Shown here: piece after piece, positions 56,801 to 64,000 of the stretch | Layout: each line of letters begins with the position of its first letter | Position numbering within the stretch: position 1 is the first letter of the stretch | Assembly: GCA_014360755.1 (NCBI GenBank) | Contig: JACIWX010000002.1 | Location: 269,988 to 333,987 of the forward strand | Length of the DNA stretch: 64,000 nt | Source of the DNA: Chloroflexota bacterium | Lineage (GTDB): Bacteria > Chloroflexota > Anaerolineae > UBA2200 | Reading direction: 5' to 3' | Position numbers and translations under genes: made by a program | Notes under the pieces: generated by a model | Told to the model about the DNA's origin: nothing | Databases searched by the model: none | The model's input: the letters and a program-made list of their open reading frames with translations, nothing else

Positions 56801-57755
56801 CAAGAGTTCCATCCTACACAAACTCCACCGCTTCTTTACAGATGCACCAGAGCACTATTCCCTATACCTGGATTGCCAAGCAGTACAAGATTATCAAGAC
56901 CTATGTAACACCATAGAGGCCATGTGGCAGGTCGCTCTACCTGATCGCTCGCCAGAAGCCTTGATGCGCTTAATGGCACGGATAAAGCGAGAGCACGAGG
57001 AACAAATCATCGTCATCCTACTGGATGAAGTAGATGCCCTCCTTCAGTATGATGCCCTGAACCAGGAACGGCTCTTCAAAGTATTCCGAGCCCTTACTCA
57101 AGAGCAATACTGCCGCTTTGTACTCTGTGGTGGCAAGGTCCTTTATGCAAGCTTGCATAATCCCAACTCGGCCCTTTTCAACTTCTGCAATGCGATCCGC
57201 CTAAGTTATCTGACCCCTCGAGACACAGGCCGTATTGTTATGGAGCCCATGCAAGAAATGGGCATTGGCTTCGAGGATGCTAGCAAATTGGTACAAGGCG
57301 TCATCAATCTCTCCGCCTGCCACCCCAATCTCGTACAGTATATCTGCCAGGAATTGATCATCCGCATCAATGCACGCGGTAATCGCTTTATCACCCTCGC
57401 GGATTTGGAAGCCATTGGGAATTCAAGGCAGTTCAATGAGTACTTGATCGAGGTCATGTGGGGCAATACAACAGCGCTGGAACGCCTGATCACGCTGCTA
57501 ATCATGGTAGACACACCTCATGCAACGCTCACTGAGATTGAGGCAGCACTACACGCGAGGGGAGTACAGGTTCCTTCGGCTGCAGTGGAAAAGGCATTGG
57601 AAACCTTGGTTCTCTATTCGATCCTTCACCAAGAAGGAGAAGAATACTGCTTCACCGCCCCAGCGTTTCCTTCTATTGTCGCTGCTACACAGGACATGGA
57701 TTCGCTGGTGGAAAGGACGATTCAATATCTCAGCACTGAGACGATAACTACCTAA
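53859..57755 (+). CDS. Large single-pass membrane protein. Extracellular multi-blade BNR/Ycf48-like β-propeller repeats, one TM, and a cytoplasmic STAND/AAA-type P-loop NTPase.
   Basis: About 14 repeats of YAGT..G[VI][YF].S.DGG..W. TM LIVAGILSAAALAIILFTI at ~aa 680. FFGRDHELKTI...FAIVGGRKIGKSSILHKL Walker A. IIVILLDEVDAL Walker B. ATGA overlap with the dnaE stop. Confidence 0.7.
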   Translation: MTNQQALHKAVAILLPIAIALLLVGFAITLCMPNEQTSTIATWKQTQGPSGGKINALLLDERNPGLIYAATDGGIYVSQDGGNEWKHTSKDLPAGQEIMTLAMAQHPTQTIYAGTYNGVYHSTDGGQTWLPPTAGLTHSPVFSLAVDPENSANVYAGTDRQVFKSLDGGNTWAASSEGLPEETIWALAIDHASPNILYAGTDSGVFKSTDYGEHWQHASTNMPARLRVQALAIDPIVPTILYAATEAGVYRSNDGAATWQVATGGIGEMIVHALVIDPNNPRTLYAAVGAQGIWQSTNSGETWAPVPGNIEELVLALAIHPVHSEVMYAGTGRGVYYTSTGGQHWEPKNKGLISTNVLLLVTVPERPGHLYAITGLDVFKTTDDGNTWVSLNQGLANPNVLALAVDPASPDTLYAGTWYGEIYRSADGGQSWWRVNAGLARDAPISALVIHHSGRTNPGDQPSSVLYAGTNGAGVFYSTDGGIHWTSASDGLANLYVQTLAFAPTKEGILYAGTSKGLYRVKLTGRLSPDGLRWEALQNGFAQDEVHSIVIDGRSPNVIYAATAMGIGEVYCSTDGGDHWTAIGRGSLPTNIKIQALALNSYRGKPRIVYASTDGGIFRSEDGGFNWRAINEGLPPRANVLALLVDAKRCYLYASIKNNGIYSTLDKGSGLATWRLIVAGILSAAALAIILFTIQGQIQVAKQTQDQLFERNWPLWREEIERILRDQNAVTMETLAQVPSPFRLRAMQQYMQEQGEDNLVLRLNPPVLEPANSMLVGNFLRNWRAAQRRAKNAIAFKPIVSRITDQLCQLLGFTLLETRSYKELHAYVIKAPALRLKMPPMFPLIFLQKPNLTEQDIHDLHDLMSILNVASYLALLVLPDSRTSQEPSEAKMLLKKLTHGTAYDFIAMDFDDLHRIFVAKNPEKRFIRILLSQVDLTVVSPYVISGPVPENMFFGRDHELKTITRMIKDNNFAIVGGRKIGKSSILHKLHRFFTDAPEHYSLYLDCQAVQDYQDLCNTIEAMWQVALPDRSPEALMRLMARIKREHEEQIIVILLDEVDALLQYDALNQERLFKVFRALTQEQYCRFVLCGGKVLYASLHNPNSALFNFCNAIRLSYLTPRDTGRIVMEPMQEMGIGFEDASKLVQGVINLSACHPNLVQYICQELIIRINARGNRFITLADLEAIGNSRQFNEYLIEVMWGNTTALERLITLLIMVDTPHATLTEIEAALHARGVQVPSAAVEKALETLVLYSILHQEGEEYCFTAPAFPSIVAATQDMDSLVERTIQYLSTETITT

Positions 57756-57773
57756 GAAGCGGGAGGAAAAGGC

Positions 57774-58559
57774 ATGGATTACCAAAACATTCTCGTAACG
57801 CGCGAAGAGGACATTGCCATTATCACTTTCAACCGACCCAAAGTCCTCAATGCACTGAACCGTGCGACGATGGCTGAGCTATCGGCGGCTATAGATGAAC
57901 TGGCGAGCGACGAGAACGTGCGGTGTATCATCCTCACTGGTGCCGGGGAGAAGGCTTTTGTTGCCGGAGCGGATATCCGTGAATTACAGGCTATCGAGAG
58001 CGCGGCGGAGGGGGCCGCATTTGCCGCCCAAGGCCAGAGTATCCTGTTCAAGATCGAGAACCTCAGCAAACCCGTCCTCGCTGCCATCAATGGCTACGCA
58101 TTAGGTGGCGGATGTGAACTAGCCATGGCGTGCGATATCCGCATTGCCGCAGACACAGCAAAACTTGGACAGCCTGAGATTAACCTGGGCATCATACCGG
58201 GCTATGGTGGCACACAAAGGCTCCCCCGGCTGGTGGGAAAAGGATATGCCAAGTGGTTAATCCTCAGTGGCGATATGATCTCTGCTCAGGAGGCTTTGCG
58301 CATCGGCTTGGTCGAGATGGTGGTCCCAGCAGAGGAACTGATGGCCAAAGCACGGGAATTAGCCCATAGGATCGCGCGCAAAGCTCCGCTGGCAGTTGCC
58401 TGCGCCAAGACAAGTATCAATGTGGGTTCAGAGACCGATTTGGGTACAGGTTGTGCGTACGAAGCCAGCCAATTTGGCTTGGTCTGTGCCACGGAGGACC
58501 GCGTTGAGGGCACAACGGCTTTCCTGGAGAAGCGCCCGGCGCAGTTCAAAGGCAAGTAA
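57774..58559 (+). CDS. Enoyl-CoA hydratase/isomerase (crotonase) family protein.
   Basis: FVAGADI and oxyanion-hole GGGCELAMACD motifs. Confidence 0.85.
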   Translation: MDYQNILVTREEDIAIITFNRPKVLNALNRATMAELSAAIDELASDENVRCIILTGAGEKAFVAGADIRELQAIESAAEGAAFAAQGQSILFKIENLSKPVLAAINGYALGGGCELAMACDIRIAADTAKLGQPEINLGIIPGYGGTQRLPRLVGKGYAKWLILSGDMISAQEALRIGLVEMVVPAEELMAKARELAHRIARKAPLAVACAKTSINVGSETDLGTGCAYEASQFGLVCATEDRVEGTTAFLEKRPAQFKGK

Positions 58560-58580
58560 CCCATCATGGAATGGTGCTGA

Positions 58581-61052
58581 ATGCCATACGAGCAGAAAAG
58601 CCAGCGGATTCTAGTCCATGGGTTGCTCGTCTTGATACTGCTGCTGGCATCGCTCCTGCGTTGGTACCGCATCGAAGCACAAAGCCTGTGGAATGATGAG
58701 GGCACCAGTGTTGCCCTGGCCGCAAGAGACCTGGCAGCCATCACCAGAGGCGCAGCGAACGACATCCATCCACCCCTATACTACTATGCCCTCCACTTTT
58801 GGATAAGGTGTTTTGGCAACAGTGAGCTAGCCGTGCGCTCCTTATCTGCATTATTGGGCACAATGTTGGTATTGATGGCCTTTGTCCTCGGGCGCTCCCT
58901 CGCTGGTGGCGAAGTGGGCTTGATTGCTGCGCTGCTCGCTGCTTTATCCCCTTTTCAAATCTATTATTCCCAGGAAACGCGGATGTACATCCTCAGCGCT
59001 TTTTTAGCGGCATTGTCTGCCTATGCCTGGGTTCGCCTTTTGTCCACATGGCTGGACGTTGAGGCTAATAGCAGGAGGATTTTCGTTGCCGTCATTGTTT
59101 ACATTTTGGCATCTATCTTACTGCTATACACTCACTACTTTGCGGTTACCCTCCTCATCGCGCAGAACCTGGCTTTCCTGTGGTGGCTGAAAACAACCAC
59201 AGCGCGCCGATTACCCATTGTATTACGCTGGGTCCTGGTACAATGTATTATCGTGGCTATATACTTGCCGTGGTTATTCCTGGTAAGAGAACAGTTGCGT
59301 GTATGGCCAGCCATCAGCGAACCTTTGCCGCTTACTACGCTGTTGTGGAACCTGCTCTGCGTCTTCAGCCTAGGCCTGTCTGTCAAGTCGTGTCCCAGTG
59401 CTATCGTGTTGGGTTTTGCAATGCTATGTTTGGCAGGCGTACTGGTGCCGCGACCTCGTCAAGAGAGCAACATGTACCCTCCCACGAGTCTCATGCTCTA
59501 TCGCTTGTCCTTGTTGTACCTGCTCGTTCCGATTGGCACCATGTATGTACTTTCACTGCAACGGCCGATGTACAATCCCAAATTTCTTCTGCCATGCACT
59601 GTTCCGTTCCTCCTTTTCTTGGCGCAAGGAATCAATTGGCTCGCCAGCCGCGCAGGCAGTTTGTGGCAATCCGCTGCGGCGAAGAAGATCAGCACGGAGA
59701 AGCAAGTTGCTGAGATTGCACCCTGGCTGCGTTATTTATTCTTATCACTCGCTATTGCCTTTGTAGCGATTGCATCAGCCAGTTCACTCAAGGCGTATTA
59801 CTTCGATGCACGCTATGCTCGTGATGATTACCGCAGCATCGCCCGCTACATTGAAACGGTGGGAGAAGAAGGCGACGCTGTTTTAATCAATGCCCCAGGG
59901 CAAATCGAGACATTCACCTATTACTACCAGGGGCATCTTCCCCTCTACCCACTCCCTCGTCAGCGCCCTCCTGATAAGGTACAGACAGAAGCAGAGTTAG
60001 CACAAATGGTCAAAGAACACAAGCGGATATTTGCCATCCTGTGGGCAACTGACGAAAGCGACCCGGAGCGTTTCGTAGAAGGCTGGCTCGATCAACACTG
60101 CTACAAAGCGATCGATTCATGGTATGGCAATGTGAGGCTCGTGATTTACGCGGTACCAGCCGTGCTTGTCGAACAGCGCATCGAGCAGCCCTTATCTGTG
60201 AACCTGGGGAACAAGGTCCAACTTTTGGGATACAGTCTGCTTACACAGGAAGTGCGGCCAGGAGATATCCTGCAATTAACTTTGTTCTGGCAGGCTATCG
60301 CTCCAATGAACGAGCGCTACAAGGTTTTTACCCATGTCATAGACCCATACGGACACCTCGTCGGGCAACGGGATGCTGAACCTGGTGGTGGAGCCAAGAT
60401 CACGACCATCTGGCAAGAAGGAGAACAGGTGATAGACAACTATGGGTTGCTCATCCTTCCTGCTACACCACCTGGTGAATATGCCATTGAGATTGGCATG
60501 TATCATCTTGAAACTGGGCAGAGATTGTCTGTGATAGAGCATGGACAGGAGATAGGAGATCATGTCCTCCTGCAATCTGTACGTGTCTTGCCTGCTCTAG
60601 CCCCGCCATCGGTATCCGTACTCGGCATGAAAAGGCAACTGAATGCCCGCTTTGGGGAATTGACATTGTTGGGCTATGATTTGAGCAAACTAGGCTACGA
60701 GCATCAGCCTGATGCACCCATTGCACCGGGTGATGTCGTACACCTCACTCTATTTTGGCAAGCAAACCAGGCGCCTACGACAGATGTCACATTGCTACTG
60801 CAACTGCGGGACAAAAAGGGCAAGGTTTGGGCTGAGCGACGAGCTCAACCTACCGATGGCTTATATCCCCCAAAACGATGGCACACCGGCGAAATCATCC
60901 GCGATCAGCATCATTGGTTTCTGCCCCCCGATTTACCGGCGCAGCGTTACCAGATCCACTTGTCCGTGCATCGCTCGCCCGATGACCAGCCCACTGGGGC
61001 ACCGTTGGTGTTGACCAGTCTGGTGATAGCCAGCGCATCGAATACCCCTTGA
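58581..61052 (+). CDS. GT39/ArnT-PMT-like membrane glycosyltransferase with a large C-terminal duplicated extracytoplasmic domain.
   Basis: N-terminal polytopic region with WNDEGT and PPLYYY motifs. Internally duplicated C-terminal segments: GDILQLTLFWQAIAPMNERYKV..PYGHLVGQRDAEPGGG and GDVVHLTLFWQANQAPTTDV..KGKVWAERRAQPTDG. Confidence 0.6.
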   Translation: MPYEQKSQRILVHGLLVLILLLASLLRWYRIEAQSLWNDEGTSVALAARDLAAITRGAANDIHPPLYYYALHFWIRCFGNSELAVRSLSALLGTMLVLMAFVLGRSLAGGEVGLIAALLAALSPFQIYYSQETRMYILSAFLAALSAYAWVRLLSTWLDVEANSRRIFVAVIVYILASILLLYTHYFAVTLLIAQNLAFLWWLKTTTARRLPIVLRWVLVQCIIVAIYLPWLFLVREQLRVWPAISEPLPLTTLLWNLLCVFSLGLSVKSCPSAIVLGFAMLCLAGVLVPRPRQESNMYPPTSLMLYRLSLLYLLVPIGTMYVLSLQRPMYNPKFLLPCTVPFLLFLAQGINWLASRAGSLWQSAAAKKISTEKQVAEIAPWLRYLFLSLAIAFVAIASASSLKAYYFDARYARDDYRSIARYIETVGEEGDAVLINAPGQIETFTYYYQGHLPLYPLPRQRPPDKVQTEAELAQMVKEHKRIFAILWATDESDPERFVEGWLDQHCYKAIDSWYGNVRLVIYAVPAVLVEQRIEQPLSVNLGNKVQLLGYSLLTQEVRPGDILQLTLFWQAIAPMNERYKVFTHVIDPYGHLVGQRDAEPGGGAKITTIWQEGEQVIDNYGLLILPATPPGEYAIEIGMYHLETGQRLSVIEHGQEIGDHVLLQSVRVLPALAPPSVSVLGMKRQLNARFGELTLLGYDLSKLGYEHQPDAPIAPGDVVHLTLFWQANQAPTTDVTLLLQLRDKKGKVWAERRAQPTDGLYPPKRWHTGEIIRDQHHWFLPPDLPAQRYQIHLSVHRSPDDQPTGAPLVLTSLVIASASNTP

Positions 61053-61160
61053 GCTGAAAACACGCGCTACTGTCCAGTTGGCCTCTGCCAACTTGCCTCT
61101 ATTCAGCCAGGGAACGTTCCTGTCAATGTTTGCCTCGGCACTGCGCTCATCGAGGTGTCA

Positions 61161-61316
61161 GAGAGTGTTGAAAAAGTCCTTCCAATGTCATGCTGAACGG
61201 AGTGAAGCATCTCGCAGTACTTGGGAAAATAGGCTAAAGTTACGCGAGACCCCTTCGTTATACTCAGGGCAGGCTCTTCGCTTTGCTCAGGGTGACAAGA
61301 TTTTCAACACTCTCAT
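61161..61316. repeat. Inverted-repeat-bounded element, copy 4, inverted relative to copy 1.
   Basis: Reverse complement aligns with 6776-6930. Confidence 0.8.
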
Positions 61317-61456
61317 GTCATAAATTTTGCATTTCTAGCATTTCATGCTAAAATAAGCATCTCAAAGGTTTGCTTTTAGCAACCTTTCCGCCCCAGGCTG
61401 TCCTGTTCGCCCAACAGGGCATACCTGCGGCAATCCCAAGGAAAGGAGGTGTGGCG

Positions 61457-61753
61457 ATGCCCGAATACGAGTTGGTCTTCGTCGTCCAACCTGGACTGGA
61501 AGAAGAGCCCCTCACTGCGCTGGTAAACAAGATTTCTCAGACCATCAGCGACCTTCAAGGCCAAGTTCGCCAAATTGAGCCGTGGGGCAAACGCAGGTTG
61601 GCGTATCCCATCAAAAAGTACCGGGAAGGCTTTTATTACCTAATGCTTCTAGAGTTGCCTGCATCTGCTGTGCGCAGCTTGGACAGGACGCTGCGTTTGA
61701 CGGAAGATGTGATCCGGCACTTGATTGTACGCAAAGACGAAACGACAGAATGA
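61457..61753 (+). CDS. rpsF: 30S ribosomal protein S6.
   Basis: MPEYELVFVVQP...IEPWGKRRLAYPI signature. AGGAGG RBS. Confidence 0.85.
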   Translation: MPEYELVFVVQPGLEEEPLTALVNKISQTISDLQGQVRQIEPWGKRRLAYPIKKYREGFYYLMLLELPASAVRSLDRTLRLTEDVIRHLIVRKDETTE

Positions 61754-61777
61754 CAGATATTCCTTAAGGAGGTCCAT

Positions 61778-62113
61778 TTGACTACAGATACGGAAGGACA
61801 ACAGCGCGCCGCGCGTACACAGCGTGGTGTGCCTGGACAACAAAATAGTAATAATGCAGAAAGAGAACAACGGCCAAGGTTCTACCGGCCAAGCCCGCGT
61901 CGGCAATGCCCTTTCTGCGCGAACAAATCTCTGACTATTGACTACAAAAAAGTTGATTTGCTGCAGAACTATATCACAGAGCGAGGTAAGATCACCCCGA
62001 GACGTAGCACTGGGCTCTGTGCAAAGCACCAGCGCCGCTTGGCGGTAGCGATCAAGCGTGCACGCCATTTAGCGCTGCTTCCTTTCACTGCGGAGCAAGC
62101 TCGCAAAGGCTAA
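61778..62113 (+). CDS. rpsR: 30S ribosomal protein S18 with an N-terminal extension. TTG start after AGGAGG.
   Basis: CPFCANK...[50 protein letters not shown]. Confidence 0.8.
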   Translation: MTTDTEGQQRAARTQRGVPGQQNSNNAEREQRPRFYRPSPRRQCPFCANKSLTIDYKKVDLLQNYITERGKITPRRSTGLCAKHQRRLAVAIKRARHLALLPFTAEQARKG

Positions 62114-62200
62114 CGCCTTTGCGAGCTTACCTCCCCAGTTTGAAGCGGGATTGCTGTTATCGCAAACCCAGCCTATTCTTACAGGAATTTGAGGCAATCA

Positions 62201-63352
62201 ATGGTCAAAAAAGGCAAGCCGACAGAACCCCTTACCAGAAAGCAAATATCCAGGCGAGAACGCGAAGCTCAACAACGGCGAATTCTGTACGCCATCGTGG
62301 CGGTAACGGCGCTGGCAGTAGTTTCGGTGCTGGGCTATGGGTTCTACCAGGAATATGTGGTGAAACCTTCCGCACCGATTGCGGTGGTGAACGATAAGCC
62401 TATCTCGACCAGGGACTACCAGACAATGGTCAAATACCGGCGTTTTGAACTGGCGAGCATGATCGCCAGAGTACAAAATCAACTAGCCATTCTGGACCCG
62501 ACGATAGAGGAACAGCAATTCCTTGTACAGTACTTCCAACAGCAGCTTCAGCAACTCCAGTTACAGCAGATGAACCTGCCAATGGATGTCCTGGATAGCA
62601 TGATTGACGATGAACTGATCCGCCAAGAGGCAGCCCGGCGCAACATCACGGTAACCCCCGAAGAAGTGCAGGAAGAAATCGAACTGCAGTTTGGCTACCA
62701 GCGCAATCCTCCTACACCAACGCCAACTCCGATTACGGCAACCGTTGCCATCACATTGACCCCAACACCTACAGAAGCGCCAATGACCTTGGAGGAATTC
62801 CAAAGGAACTACAGCGAGTATGTTATTGCGATGCGTAAGAACGCCGGTGTCAGTGAGGCAACTTTCCGCCGCCTGTTTGAATCAAACATATACCGCCGCA
62901 AACTGCAGGAAGCGCTGGCTGCCGAAGTACCTACCACTGCCGAACAAGTCCACGCGCGTCATATCCTGGTGGATACAGAGGAAGAGGCTCAAAAAGTAAA
63001 GGAACGTTTACAGGCTGGTGAGGATTTTGCCGCGTTGGCCAAGGAACTGTCAAAGGACCCCGGTTCGGCGAGTGAAGGTGGAGACCTGGGTTGGTTTCCA
63101 CGGGGCATGATGGTCACCGAATTCGAGGAAGCCGCTTTTGCCCTTCAGCCGGGGCAAATCAGTGACATCGTCAAGACAAGTTACGGATACCATATTATCC
63201 AGCTCATCGAGCGCGATCCGAATCGCCCTCTGGATGAGGACTTTCTAGCTCAGAAAAAGGCATCTGCCTTGGACGATTGGCTTGCAGAGCAACGGCAATC
63301 AGAGGCGGTGAAACGCTATTGGTCTTCCGACAAAGTGCCTCCCGTGAAGTAG
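62201..63352 (+). CDS. Membrane-anchored parvulin-type peptidyl-prolyl isomerase (SurA/PrsA-like).
   Basis: N-terminal TM. Parvulin domain HARHILV...GGDLGWF...GYHIIQLI. Confidence 0.8.
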   Translation: MVKKGKPTEPLTRKQISRREREAQQRRILYAIVAVTALAVVSVLGYGFYQEYVVKPSAPIAVVNDKPISTRDYQTMVKYRRFELASMIARVQNQLAILDPTIEEQQFLVQYFQQQLQQLQLQQMNLPMDVLDSMIDDELIRQEAARRNITVTPEEVQEEIELQFGYQRNPPTPTPTPITATVAITLTPTPTEAPMTLEEFQRNYSEYVIAMRKNAGVSEATFRRLFESNIYRRKLQEALAAEVPTTAEQVHARHILVDTEEEAQKVKERLQAGEDFAALAKELSKDPGSASEGGDLGWFPRGMMVTEFEEAAFALQPGQISDIVKTSYGYHIIQLIERDPNRPLDEDFLAQKKASALDDWLAEQRQSEAVKRYWSSDKVPPVK

Positions 63353-63450
63353 CACTCCAGACGGTTGAGAAATAAGGGACAAGAAACCGAGGACAACTTA
63401 ACTAGCGGTCAAAAGAGGAAAATCTCTGGCAGAATAAACTCTTGCCATTT

Positions 63451-63478
63451 TTGACAATATGAGCAACTTGGTATAAAA
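63451..63478 (+). promoter_or_regulatory. Sigma-70-like promoter (TTGACA ... TATAAAAT) upstream of the tRNA cluster.
   Basis: Read directly from the sequence. Confidence 0.35.
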
Positions 63479-63496
63479 TAATGTTACCAATGGGAC

Positions 63497-63569
<73 letters not shown>

Positions 63570-63574
63570 TGTGG

Positions 63575-63646
63575 GCGGAAGTGGCTCAGCGGTAGAGCAT
63601 CTCCTTGCCAAGGAGAGGGTCGCGGGTTCGAATCCCGTCTTCCGCT
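63575..63646 (+). tRNA. tRNA-Gly (GCC).
   Basis: GCGGAAGTGGCTCAGCGGTAGAGC...TTGCCAA...GGTTCGAATCC. Confidence 0.8.
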
Positions 63647-63725
63647 TCAGCACGATGCAGAGCGCCAAGTGAGGGCAGTATATATCCCTCCGCGTTCTCG
63701 GCGTGCTCTGCGGTAAGATTTTCCA

Positions 63726-63797
63726 GGCGACGTAGCCAAGTGGTTAAGGCAGGGGTCTGCAAAATCCCGATCGTCGGTTCAATTCCGACCGTCGCCT
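63726..63797 (+). tRNA. tRNA-Cys (GCA).
   Basis: GGCGACGTAGCCAAGTGGTTAAGGC...CTGCAAA...GGTTCAATTCC. Confidence 0.75.
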
Positions 63798-63841
63798 CTC
63801 TGTGCGGTGGCTGATAGCATACGCTATCAGCCCTTTGCTTT

Positions 63842-63925
63842 GGGGCGGTGGCGAAACGGCAGACGCTGCGGACTTAAAATCCGCTGGACGTTGAGTCCAT
63901 GAGGGTTCGATTCCCTCCCGCCCTA
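63842..63925 (+). tRNA. tRNA-Leu (UAA), long variable arm.
   Basis: GGGGCGGTGGCGAAACGGCAGACGC...CTTAAAA...extended variable arm...GGTTCGATTCC. Confidence 0.7.
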
Positions 63926-64000
63926 TGGAACATTTCCGCCTGATGGCACATTCTTGATCAAGCCCAAATCACCGGTGCGGGCTGCCTCCAGAATGGGTGC

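Noticed and set aside
61078-61323. 81-aa ORF and similar short ORFs (43951-44157, 44257-44442, 44423-44704) with recurring FQCHAERSEAS / RETPSLYSGQALR peptides.
   Set aside because: They are translations of the repeated intergenic element on one strand or the other, not conserved proteins.

Overview
High-GC (~58-60%) bacterial chromosomal window, gene content consistent with a Chloroflexi-type organism (inference). Most of it is housekeeping: ftsH, uvrC, dnaE, rpsF/rpsR, tyrA-like, PGM/PMM and two tRNA clusters. There is a stress/iron block: a DtxR-family regulator, feoABC, grpE, a CbpA-type J-protein, two HtrA proteases, an HspR-like regulator, an unknown eRF1-like protein, clpB and a ClpC-like ATPase.

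Four things stand out.

1. A three-gene operon at ~2.3-6.8 kb. A DUF2207 membrane protein ends in an uninterrupted 12-bp-periodic Ala-Cys-His-Ser (ACHS)n Cys/His repeat tail. The next gene, 30 bp downstream, is a PqqD-like (RRE)-radical SAM/SPASM maturase. A coiled-coil protein follows. This looks like an ACGX-type RiPP system fused onto a membrane protein.

2. A ~10.5 kb low-GC island at ~30.85-41.4 kb with a defence/conflict architecture. Three consecutive proteins share one ~50-aa helical module: a membrane anchor, a CHAT caspase-like protease and a STAND NTPase. They are followed by a second NB-ARC-TPR STAND NTPase and an RRE-less radical SAM/SPASM enzyme. An SPFH membrane protein sits at the island start.

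3. A ~155-bp inverted-repeat-bounded element with four intergenic copies.

4. Several degenerate 7-bp tandem repeat tracts after stop codons, including a ~175-bp heptamer palindrome.

A large β-propeller-TM-P-loop NTPase receptor-like protein is also noted.

CDS coordinates follow the supplied ORF track, with a few start codons revised. Hand-derived coordinates (tRNAs, repeats, promoters) may be off by 1-2 nt. No CRISPR array, integrase or transposase gene was found.
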